Assembly (NCBI GenBank): GCA_013166835.1
Contig: JABLTI010000043.1
Location: 1 to 23,103 of the forward strand
DNA length: 23,103 nucleotides
Direction: 5' to 3'
DNA from: Promethearchaeati archaeon
GTDB taxonomy: Archaea; Asgardarchaeota; Heimdallarchaeia; JABLTI01
Position 1 is the stretch's first letter; each line of letters opens with the position of its first letter. Under the pieces are notes generated by a model, which saw only the letters and a list, made by a program, of their open reading frames with translations, was not told the DNA's origin and ran no database searches. Position numbers and translations under genes: made by a program. Positions 15,389 to 23,103 of the stretch are shown piece by piece.

Positions 15389-16384
15389 CTAAATGGAATC
15401 AATAAGAGATTTTCTTACAACAGCAATATCCTCTTCAGTAAGTTCACTTGGAAAATTATACATATCTTTTCCAGGGGATTCATTGTAAAAGGGTCTATTA
15501 CAATGAGGACACCCGCTAGTTCTGAATGGTTTTCCATAAGAGATAATTTTTTCTAGTTCCTCTTTCTTAATACCAAAATCAAGAATCTGGTCTCTTTGTT
15601 CAACCTTCTTACTAAAGGTAATTTTTGAAAAGGATGTTTTTCCTGCATTGATTAAATATCGAGCCAATTGTATTCTTCTATAGCTTTCAATATCTGGTTG
15701 TGGATGTTTTTCCAATGTTGTTCCCTTTACTGGGGTAAATGCAAATAACCCAACAGTAATATTTTGATCATAGAATTTCTGTAAAAATTGGATTGCTTCT
15801 TTCTCAGTTTCCCCTAGTCCAATAATCAAGTGTGTGCTAACAAATCTTTTACCAAAAATTTCCAACGCATCTTGTATTGATTTTTCCATCATTTCCCAAG
15901 AAATATCTGATCCTCTCTTTTTACCTTTGATTTCGTTATAAATTTCAGGAGTAGCACAATCAAATGATATTCCAACTCTTGAAACTCCAAAATTCTTCAT
16001 TTTCAAAAATATTTCTTTTGTCGTTGGATAACAACAAACAGTTAGCGGTGTTGATATTTTGCTTTCAGAGAATTGACCAATTATCTCCAATAAATCTTCA
16101 GTGGAATTTTCATATCTAATTGTTTGAATACATATTCGTTTCAATCTTGTTTCTCGAGTAATTATCCCCTCAATAATTTCATCAAGATCATACGTTGGCC
16201 ACAATACTCTCGAGAGTCCATCTCTTCTACCTTCACTTTCTTTTGCTTGAGGACAAAAACTGCAATTTGACAAACAATTAGTATTAGAATACATTAGCAA
16301 ATAAGCTGTGGTTGGTTTAGCTTGCAAAAGTATTTTTTCCAAACCAAGTACTGCTGCTGTTCCTATTGAAGCTCTTATTTTCAA
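15389..16384 (-). CDS. lipS2: Radical SAM protein, archaeal lipoyl synthase subunit LipS2-type
   Basis: CLSNCSFC (CX3CX2C), PTTAYL, LSRV-x-WP, HLIIGLGET, LFAFTP and the C-terminal TSGCPHCNRP matching the TXGCPXC(N/D)RP motif described for Thermococcus LipS2; two genes from lplA. TTG start with GAGGT SD. Confidence 0.85.
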   Translation of the reverse strand: MKIRASIGTAAVLGLEKILLQAKPTTAYLLMYSNTNCLSNCSFCPQAKESEGRRDGLSRVLWPTYDLDEIIEGIITRETRLKRICIQTIRYENSTEDLLEIIGQFSESKISTPLTVCCYPTTKEIFLKMKNFGVSRVGISFDCATPEIYNEIKGKKRGSDISWEMMEKSIQDALEIFGKRFVSTHLIIGLGETEKEAIQFLQKFYDQNITVGLFAFTPVKGTTLEKHPQPDIESYRRIQLARYLINAGKTSFSKITFSKKVEQRDQILDFGIKKEELEKIISYGKPFRTSGCPHCNRPFYNESPGKDMYNFPSELTEEDIAVVRKSLIDSI

Positions 16385-16410
16385 GAATTTACTACCTCAA
16401 TATTATGCAA

Positions 16411-17067
16411 TTAGGTTTCATTTAATTCTTGATTTAAATCAGGTATTATTTTAAGTAACTCTTCCAAATCAGAGATTACTATTTTTGATTTAGAGATCTT
16501 ATTAAAATCTTCTCGAGAAAACATACCCGTTTTACCAATAAATACTATATCGTTGTTTTGTGCTCTTTCACAGTCTTTTAAGGAATCGCCTACATAAACT
16601 AATTCCTCAGTACTAAGATTAAATTCTTCTTTAATGAAATCAAAATGATCCTTCCCTTTTTCAAATCCCATTCTATATCCTACAATTTGATCAACAATTA
16701 ATTCTTTTTCTTTGCAATATTTCTCAATAATAGGTTGAGTTGTCGAACTAGAAATTGCTACAAGATAACCCTTTTCTCTAAGTAGATCAATTGTGGATTT
16801 AGCATCTTTGAATAATGGCAGATCAAATATACTTTCAATTTTTTCTTTCTCAAATTGAGAAATTACCAATTTATTGTTCGGATTATCGGGGAATATTATT
16901 TCCATTTGCTGTTCAAAAGGTAATCCGGTTGTGATCTGATATTTTGATCTTGCATCCTCTGTTTCTAGCTCATAGTGTTTCACCATTAATTTGACAGCAA
17001 TTTCCTCTAATGTAGGCATAGTATCAGCTGTTGTGCCATCAAAATCTAATGTGACTAGTTTAATCAT
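16411..17067 (-). CDS. HAD-family hydrolase
   Basis: DFDGT-x-x-D-T motif I, ISSS motif II, K motif III and YVGDS-x-x-D motif IV. Confidence 0.9.
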   Translation of the reverse strand: MIKLVTLDFDGTTADTMPTLEEIAVKLMVKHYELETEDARSKYQITTGLPFEQQMEIIFPDNPNNKLVISQFEKEKIESIFDLPLFKDAKSTIDLLREKGYLVAISSSTTQPIIEKYCKEKELIVDQIVGYRMGFEKGKDHFDFIKEEFNLSTEELVYVGDSLKDCERAQNNDIVFIGKTGMFSREDFNKISKSKIVISDLEELLKIIPDLNQELNET

Positions 17068-17234
17068 TTTTGAGCTCCTTATTATGTAATAATTTTCTTT
17101 AATTACTCCTCTTAATTGAATCTTTGGTTTAAAATGATGGTTTAGGAATTATAAGAAGTTTAATTCATGATAATAGGGAAAAAATCTAAAAGGAAAAATA
17201 AGAACCACACATAGCATCATTTGGTGGTTCTCAA

Positions 17235-18248
17235 ATGAATAAAGTAGTTGTAATAACAGGAGCATCCTCTGGCATAGGGCTATCTCATGCTATTTTTCTT
17301 ACAGCCAAAGGATATACAGTCTTTGGAACAAGTCGTAGAAGTCAAGCACTTGATAATAAGCAATTAAAAGAGGATTTTGTTAGAGATCATACGAAATGGA
17401 AATTCGCAAATAAAGAAAAAACCATTGTTAAACCCACAAAAAATCTTATCCCCAAAAAGATCGAAAAAAACTTAGATGAATTAATTGACAAAATTAGATT
17501 TTTCAATATGGATGTTACCTCTGATGATTCCGTTGAAAAAGCTATAAGCGAAATGGAAATTGAAGCAAAAAAAATCAATGATCGTGGAATTGATATTCTG
17601 ATTAACAACGCGGGTATTAGCTTTTTCAGAAGTGCAGAAGTATTGTCCATGGAAGATTGGAAAACAACATTTGACACTAACTTGTTTGGTATGGTACGAG
17701 TTGCAAAAGCTGTTTTACCACAAATGAGGGAAAGAAGAGAAGGACGAATAATTAATACAAGTACACTAGGAGCACTAGCAGTTATACCATTTCAATCTCA
17801 TTATTCCGCATCAAAGATTGCAATAAAAGTTTTTAGTGAAGGATTGCGTGTCGAGGTTAAAAAATTCAACATTAAGGTTTCAACAATTCTCCCAAGTGAT
17901 ATTAATACCGCATTCAATAAAAACATGCATGCGATTTCAACATCAATGGATCCTTCTACAGAATCAGTGAATTTAGAGAAAATGATTAATCAATCTCCTA
18001 CAACTCCCGATTCACCATACTATAAATATCTAAATCCCGTTTGGAAAGTCATAGTGAGGAATTTGATTGTTGCTCCTCCACCTTTAGTGATTTCAAAGAA
18101 ACTTCTTAGGATTATTAAAGCTAGAAAACCTCGAGTAAATTATCATGCAGGAGATCCCATTCAAAGAATCTTAGTTTTCCTCATTCGTCGAGTAGTAACG
18201 GATGGATTAGTTGATTGGTTATTACCTTTATACTTCGGTCTTAAGTGA
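17235..18248 (+). CDS. Short-chain dehydrogenase/reductase (classical SDR, probably NADP-preferring) with a long insertion
   Basis: TGASSGIG, GTSRR, DVT, LINNAG, N-x-S, YSASK catalytic motif; hydrophobic C-terminus. Confidence 0.92.
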   Translation: MNKVVVITGASSGIGLSHAIFLTAKGYTVFGTSRRSQALDNKQLKEDFVRDHTKWKFANKEKTIVKPTKNLIPKKIEKNLDELIDKIRFFNMDVTSDDSVEKAISEMEIEAKKINDRGIDILINNAGISFFRSAEVLSMEDWKTTFDTNLFGMVRVAKAVLPQMRERREGRIINTSTLGALAVIPFQSHYSASKIAIKVFSEGLRVEVKKFNIKVSTILPSDINTAFNKNMHAISTSMDPSTESVNLEKMINQSPTTPDSPYYKYLNPVWKVIVRNLIVAPPPLVISKKLLRIIKARKPRVNYHAGDPIQRILVFLIRRVVTDGLVDWLLPLYFGLK

Positions 18249-18305
18249 GTCAATCCACTCTGGAAAAACATATTAGATTAAAAAATACTGTTTCAGAGTG
18301 AGAAA

Positions 18306-19187
18306 ATGAAACTCTTCAGAAAGATTCACACTTACTTGAAAATGGTTTTTCTTTATTTGACTAAGAGAATCGTGAGAAGAGAAGATTATCGAGAGGAATA
18401 CAACATAGCTGCGTCCACGTATCATAATTGGCTTAATAAAATGAATAAGCACACGAATACGATTCTCAAGATAGATCACTTAAAAAATCGAAAGAATATT
18501 CACATTTTGGATTTTGCTTGTGGGACTGGGTATATCTCTGGATATGTTTTGTCAGAATTAAAAGATGCTACAGTAAAGATAACTGCAGTTGATATTTCAG
18601 ACAAAATGATTGAACTAGCAAAAGACAAAATTTCAGATAGTCGATGTTCGTTCATCGTTCAAGATGGCACAGATTTTCTTTTTGGGGAGGAAGATGAGAA
18701 ATATGATGCGATATTTTGTGGTTATGCATTACCGTATTTTAATCAGAAAAAAGTAATTAAAGAATTCCATCGAATTTTAAAGAAAGATGGCACAGCTCAT
18801 TTTATAACAAATTGTAAAGGTACTTTGAAAGGAATTGATGAGATCTACATTGATACGATGAAAGAATACCCATCATCTTTGAACAAAATTATGGAGATAC
18901 GATACCAATTACCTAAAAATCAAAATGAATTAAAATCTTGGTTTAAGAGAAGACAGTTTTCAATCATTTTTCTGGATACTGTTAAGGAGATAGTTAGTTT
19001 TAGTTCTCCTGAAAATTTATACAATTGGTTAAAGAACACTGGAGCAATCGCTGGAACTGGGCATATCTTTACTGAAGATGAGAAAATTGTAGAATCCATT
19101 ATTGATAAAATCAAGAATCGATGCTACTATGAGGATAAATATTGGATAAATCATAAATTCATCCAAGGAATATTCAAAAAAGAATAG
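18306..19187 (+). CDS. Class I SAM-dependent methyltransferase
   Basis: ILDFACGTG motif I, AVDIS-x-x-M, YDAIFC and RILK-x-x-G. Confidence 0.92.
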   Translation: MKLFRKIHTYLKMVFLYLTKRIVRREDYREEYNIAASTYHNWLNKMNKHTNTILKIDHLKNRKNIHILDFACGTGYISGYVLSELKDATVKITAVDISDKMIELAKDKISDSRCSFIVQDGTDFLFGEEDEKYDAIFCGYALPYFNQKKVIKEFHRILKKDGTAHFITNCKGTLKGIDEIYIDTMKEYPSSLNKIMEIRYQLPKNQNELKSWFKRRQFSIIFLDTVKEIVSFSSPENLYNWLKNTGAIAGTGHIFTEDEKIVESIIDKIKNRCYYEDKYWINHKFIQGIFKKE

Positions 19188-19282
19188 CTTCAGAAACACC
19201 ATTTATACTTCAAATATAATTTACATTCCTTTTTTTAAAAGGAAAGAACCTTTATCTTTCTAAGAGTAATTACTTTTTTGAA

Positions 19283-20323
19283 GTGAGTACGATGATAACT
19301 AAAGATGAATCCAATGAAGCACTTAAGGAAAAAATCCGTTATATGAGTATAGATGTCTTTAGAGGTTTATCTATTGCAACTATGGTTTTTGTTAATACGA
19401 TTGCTTCTTTTAATAACACTCCCGCCTGGTCGAAACACGCAATAGATTTCGGTTTGACTTATGTTGATTTAGTTGCTCCTTTCTTTATATTTGCTATAGC
19501 TTTAACCTTCAAAATGTCTTTCGCTAGCACTCTAAAAAGAGAGGGTAGACTACAAGCCTATATAAAATTCATTCGAAGATATGCTGCTCTTCTTGGTTTT
19601 GGTTTGCTTGGTGGAATTTTCATTTCCCCATCTGGGATAAATTTTGGTTGGGGAGTATTACAGTCAATTGGAATTGCTGGTATCTTTACTGTTTTTTTTA
19701 TAGAGGTTCCTCGATTCTATAGATTCCTTATTGGGCTTTTGTTTTTAGAAATTTATCAATTTGTTATTGGACTCACAGTTAATATTGATGGGGTGTTCAT
19801 GACTATTAGTGATTTAGGTTTTATGGATCCTCATGGAGGTTTTATTGGTGGTTTTGGTTATGGAATAATGATGCTCCTTTCAACAACAATCGTTGATGAT
19901 TTCAGAGAAACTAAGAAATTGCTTTTCTTAATCTGCGGATTTATTTTCACAGTTTCTGGAGTTAGCTTACACTTCATTTGGGTTGGTTATGGATTCCCTT
20001 CTTATGGTGGACTGTCAAAACTTAGAGTTTCCTATTCCTATATCTTGTTGACAATTGGTTTAGCAGCATTATCGTTTTGGTTAATTTGGCTTCTTTATGA
20101 TCACTACAAAGTTAAGAAAAATAAAAGCTACTTTCTGCAACCTCAAGGGAAGAATTCCTTTTTCCTTTTTATCTTTCAATCAATATTCTTAGGTTTATCA
20201 ATTCTATATTTAAAAAAGGATTCACATGTAGCTCTTGTCTTTTTCTTTGGATTTCTAAATGTAGCAATAATATGGTTACTATCGCTACTCTTGGATAAAA
20301 ACAAAGTCTATATTACAATATAA
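19283..20323 (+). CDS. HGSNAT/NagX-like (DUF5009-type) transmembrane acyltransferase
   Basis: R-x-x-S-I-D-V-F-R-G...M-V-F-V-N, H-A...G-L-T-x-x-D-L-V-x-P-x-F-x-F and GVLQ-x-IG motifs; about 10 hydrophobic segments. The start may be ATG 19292. Confidence 0.82.
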   Translation: MSTMITKDESNEALKEKIRYMSIDVFRGLSIATMVFVNTIASFNNTPAWSKHAIDFGLTYVDLVAPFFIFAIALTFKMSFASTLKREGRLQAYIKFIRRYAALLGFGLLGGIFISPSGINFGWGVLQSIGIAGIFTVFFIEVPRFYRFLIGLLFLEIYQFVIGLTVNIDGVFMTISDLGFMDPHGGFIGGFGYGIMMLLSTTIVDDFRETKKLLFLICGFIFTVSGVSLHFIWVGYGFPSYGGLSKLRVSYSYILLTIGLAALSFWLIWLLYDHYKVKKNKSYFLQPQGKNSFFLFIFQSIFLGLSILYLKKDSHVALVFFFGFLNVAIIWLLSLLLDKNKVYITI

Positions 20324-20338
20324 AAAAAAGAAGGAGAA

Positions 20339-20355
20339 AGCACTCACTGAGTGCT
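20339..20355. terminator. Perfect inverted repeat between convergent genes, candidate (bidirectional) terminator
   Basis: AGCACTCA-C-TGAGTGCT. The minus strand continues TTCTCCTTCTTTTTTTT and the plus strand continues GTATTTTT. Confidence 0.6.
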
Positions 20356-20363
20356 GTATTTTT

Positions 20364-22559
20364 CTAATCTTGTAGATCTTTGATGAATGGCAAAACTTCA
20401 TTAAATAACCATTCAGGCCAGAGTTTCTTAGCTATATCGAGTTTGATAACACCGGATTTGTGGTTCCATCCACGTTTCTCATAGACAGCATCCTGTAACT
20501 TATTATATTGTTCTTCTCGGTGCTTACGAGTAATGCCATGTCGTTTTTCAATTGGCATTTTTTGTACTTCTTCAAGGGTCTTTCCGAGAATTTCAACTAA
20601 TTGCTTATCATATCGTTCCATTCTACTTTCATATTCTTCAAGAGTAACAGGACCAGCGGATCGATAAGGAATATTACTATCATCGATTCTTCGACCATGT
20701 CCAAGTCTTACTTGGAAGACTCTTTGGAATTGATAAACACGTTGACTTATGTGCACTAGACTATCTTCTCTTTCTTGAGGGGTCTTACCCATTGGAACAC
20801 CTGTAATAGATTCGAATAGTGTTGCATAGTTTTGTACATGATCTGGTACTTTATGAGGAGCATCACTGTCTTTGTTATCTTCAGGAACAACATCATTCCA
20901 TGGAAGCTTACATAGTCCATTTAATGAAAACCATGTCCGCCAGTATGGGAACCAGCAAAGAGCTTCAGCTTTGTTTTCGAATGTTGGCATGTAATTGTGT
21001 ACCATATCTAAGAAAATCAACCAGGCTTCGTCATGTTGTGGTCCTTTAAGGGTTAACCCGTAACCACCTTGTTGAGCAAGTGATTCTTTGGTAATATATT
21101 CACTATATTCAAGTCCCTTGTGTTCCATTCCAATGTCTTGACAGAATTGTTCTTGTTCAGGTGTTAGATTATAATTTGATTTGAAGTACTTCTTCATCTT
21201 TTTAATGCCTCGAGCAAAGACTAATGCAAATTCATCTTTACCTAGAGCAATACGATGCATGATTTCCATGGTAGCTTCAAAATTACCAAATTTAAGATCA
21301 AGACCACTTGTTTTTTCCTTGTCCAAAATACCTGCTTCATAGCATTCCATTACAAAACCTAATGCAGTTCCAAAGCTTATAGTATCTAGACCATAAGTGT
21401 CACAGTAAAAGTTTATTTCCACAACATGTAATGGGTCAAAGATTCCTAAATTGCTGCCAACACCTGCGATTGTTTCATATTCGGGTCCATCAACAAGTAC
21501 TTTTTGTCCTTTATATGGACCTGTTTTTAACTCGAAAGCTTCTACACAATGTGAGCAATTAATTGCACAACCACGCCAGCATCCATCCCAACCTTTGCCG
21601 GTATTAGTAAAGATTTTCTCATATACATCACCCCAAAGGGTTTTATCTTTACCATCATCATCTCTTCCATATTTGAAGTTGTAAGTTGGTAATAGGTCAA
21701 ATTCACTCATAATTGATGGAAGATGTGCTGTACCTATAACTCTCATTTTATTCTGTTCTGAATCAAGTTTTAGAATTTCCTGTGAGTGTTTTCGACCAAC
21801 TTGCTTTGCAGTATCTTGGTCTTTGGGATGTTGTGATTCCAAATTAACAGATGGAGAATGAGCAACAATAGCTACTATGTTTTTGTTTCTGAAGACTGTT
21901 CCAGTACCACCTCTACCTGCTTGTTTTAAGTGGTTTGCTTTTCTTCTATTATCCCACCAGGAGAAATTTAAACAACCAAAATAAGAATGATCAGCTCCGG
22001 GACCTGCAGATACTACACTGACAAATATTCGATCGTCTTTTCCGGTTTCTTTGTCAATAGTTCGATATTTCTCATTTAATTGTTCAGCTAATAAGTGTGA
22101 TTCAGTTGGTAGATCACCGGCTGGTTCAATCCAGACCTTTTCTTGTGTTCCATCAATTACAATCACCACAGGTTCTTTAGCTTTCCCAACTATTCTGAGA
22201 GCATCAAATCCTGAGTATTTCATCCATGGGCCAAAGAACCCTCCAACATTGGAATCAATAACGATATCAGTTAAAGGAGAAATTGCAGTTACTATAGATT
22301 TTCCTGCACCTGGATATCCTGTTGTACCACCAAGCGGACCACTTGCAATACATAATGGATTCTCGGGTTCATCCCATTTAACTATACGGTTTTTTGGCAA
22401 ACTTTCCCACATTAACCATAAGTCATAACCTTTACCACCAATGAAAATTTCTCGAACTTTTTTATCGACATCGTTTTCCTCGATGGATAACTTAGCAAGG
22501 TCAATATGCAATGTTTTATCGGTATAACCCTTCATTACATCTTGACGTTTATATGACAT
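20364..22559 (-). CDS. aor: Tungsten-dependent aldehyde:ferredoxin oxidoreductase (AOR/WOR family), long form
   Basis: IGG-x-G, SPLT...DSN-x-GG, AGRGG-x-G, C-x3-C-x3-C, PEYET, D-x-Y-G-L-D-T-I-S, GLC and Y-x-x-RGW. Start is ATG 22559 or 22577. Confidence 0.93.
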   Translation of the reverse strand: MSYKRQDVMKGYTDKTLHIDLAKLSIEENDVDKKVREIFIGGKGYDLWLMWESLPKNRIVKWDEPENPLCIASGPLGGTTGYPGAGKSIVTAISPLTDIVIDSNVGGFFGPWMKYSGFDALRIVGKAKEPVVIVIDGTQEKVWIEPAGDLPTESHLLAEQLNEKYRTIDKETGKDDRIFVSVVSAGPGADHSYFGCLNFSWWDNRRKANHLKQAGRGGTGTVFRNKNIVAIVAHSPSVNLESQHPKDQDTAKQVGRKHSQEILKLDSEQNKMRVIGTAHLPSIMSEFDLLPTYNFKYGRDDDGKDKTLWGDVYEKIFTNTGKGWDGCWRGCAINCSHCVEAFELKTGPYKGQKVLVDGPEYETIAGVGSNLGIFDPLHVVEINFYCDTYGLDTISFGTALGFVMECYEAGILDKEKTSGLDLKFGNFEATMEIMHRIALGKDEFALVFARGIKKMKKYFKSNYNLTPEQEQFCQDIGMEHKGLEYSEYITKESLAQQGGYGLTLKGPQHDEAWLIFLDMVHNYMPTFENKAEALCWFPYWRTWFSLNGLCKLPWNDVVPEDNKDSDAPHKVPDHVQNYATLFESITGVPMGKTPQEREDSLVHISQRVYQFQRVFQVRLGHGRRIDDSNIPYRSAGPVTLEEYESRMERYDKQLVEILGKTLEEVQKMPIEKRHGITRKHREEQYNKLQDAVYEKRGWNHKSGVIKLDIAKKLWPEWLFNEVLPFIKDLQD

Positions 22560-22660
22560 TTTAACCGATAGGCACATCTAAACACATCGAAACTCCCTAG
22601 ACATATCGTTTCTTCTTACAATTTTTAAGAATAAATGTACAAGAAAATCTTGAGAAAGTC

Positions 22661-22688
22661 AAAAATGTAAAATTAGATTTACATTTTT
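22661..22688. promoter_or_regulatory. Perfect 11-bp inverted repeat between the deacetylase stop and aor (operator or terminator hairpin)
   Basis: AAAAATGTAAA-ATTAGA-TTTACATTTTT. Confidence 0.5.
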
Positions 22689-22689
22689 T

Positions 22690-23103
22690 CTAATATAAAT
22701 AGGGTTGAGCCGTACGCCAAAGAATCTTATTGTATGCTTCTGCAAATTTTACTCCTGCCATTCGTCCATGCATCATGAGTTGAGCGGTTATATAATCCTT
22801 AACAGGCCATTGACCATATGCTTCGATATAAACGTCAATAACAGACATTATTTTCTCATATTGATTTGAAACATCAACAAAAAATGGTTTATCGGAATTC
22901 CCAACAGCGAAGTAATTTGTATACAAACCTATTGGTTCTCTATGAGGTAGATGTTTGTGGTCATCGTTCTTATATCTCGCATATGATATTGCATCTAAAG
23001 TAATGTTATAGGTATATCGATGATCAGGATGGCCAATTCCAAGCTGAGGTGATTGTGTCCAAGTGATGATTATGTCGGGTTTTATTTCTTTGAAATGTAC
23101 TGC
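22690..23103 (-). CDS. PIG-L/LmbE-family deacetylase, 5' end outside the window
   Basis: The frame of the 78-aa track ORF is open to the window edge: AVHFKEIKPDIIITW...GHPDHRYTY...FVDVS...G-x-x-x-G-V-x-F-A-E-A-Y. KPD-x-x-IT, HPDH and AE-x-F/Y are PIG-L family hallmarks. Confidence 0.85.
   Translation of the reverse strand, partial: AVHFKEIKPDIIITWTQSPQLGIGHPDHRYTYNITLDAISYARYKNDDHKHLPHREPIGLYTNYFAVGNSDKPFFVDVSNQYEKIMSVIDVYIEAYGQWPVKDYITAQLMMHGRMAGVKFAEAYNKILWRTAQPYLY

Noticed and set aside
15389-16384. Biotin synthase BioB or classical LipA
   Set aside because: It lacks the LipA CX4CX5C motif and carries the LipS2-type TXGCPXCNRP motif near a lipoate ligase.
3373-22428. Short overlapping or antisense ORFs in the track (3373-3561, 4965-5231, 6562-6831, 6632-6928, 6915-7385, 6965-7264, 10252-10479, 10337-10606, 12097-12285, 12715-12909, 14209-14514, 17387-17677, 18273-18479, 18920-19114, 20819-21049, 21451-21684, 22051-22428)
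   Set aside because: They are shadows of well-supported genes, or an AT-rich divergent promoter region in the case of 12097-12285, and have no recognisable motifs.
1-23103. CRISPR arrays, tRNA/rRNA genes, transposases, integrases, inteins, defence systems
   Set aside because: No spaced direct repeats, no GC-rich structured RNA-like segment in the short intergenic gaps, and no recombinase, nuclease or intein motifs were seen by eye. A covariance-model search would be needed to exclude small ncRNAs.

Overview
AT-rich, gene-dense archaeal chromosomal segment with about 24 protein-coding genes, two of them cut by the window edges. I found no rRNA, tRNA, CRISPR array or mobile element. The archaeal call rests on 20S proteasome alpha/beta genes, a PDCD5-family protein, a LipS2-type radical SAM enzyme, a tungsten-type aldehyde:ferredoxin oxidoreductase and GAGG/GGTG Shine-Dalgarno motifs. 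Two proteins with longin-like or roadblock-like patterns and a NIPA-like transporter suggest an Asgard (possibly Heimdallarchaeia) origin; this is inference. The most unusual part is 7.4-13.9 kb. It holds a tightly coupled psmB-psmA (beta then alpha) pair outside the usual archaeal gene contexts, whose alpha subunit has an altered gate motif and a shortened activator-pocket loop. Around it lie a winged-helix protein, a divergently transcribed fusion of two RadA-N-like HhH modules with a roadblock-like domain, a displaced PDCD5 paralog, a HEAT-repeat protein and an RHH/coiled-coil protein. Other oddities are an internally duplicated 6-phospho-3-hexuloisomerase, an apparent double C-terminal truncation at about 2.29 kb, and a LipS2/lipoate-ligase pair split by a zinc-ribbon membrane protein. 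All family calls come from reading motifs by eye, not from database searches.
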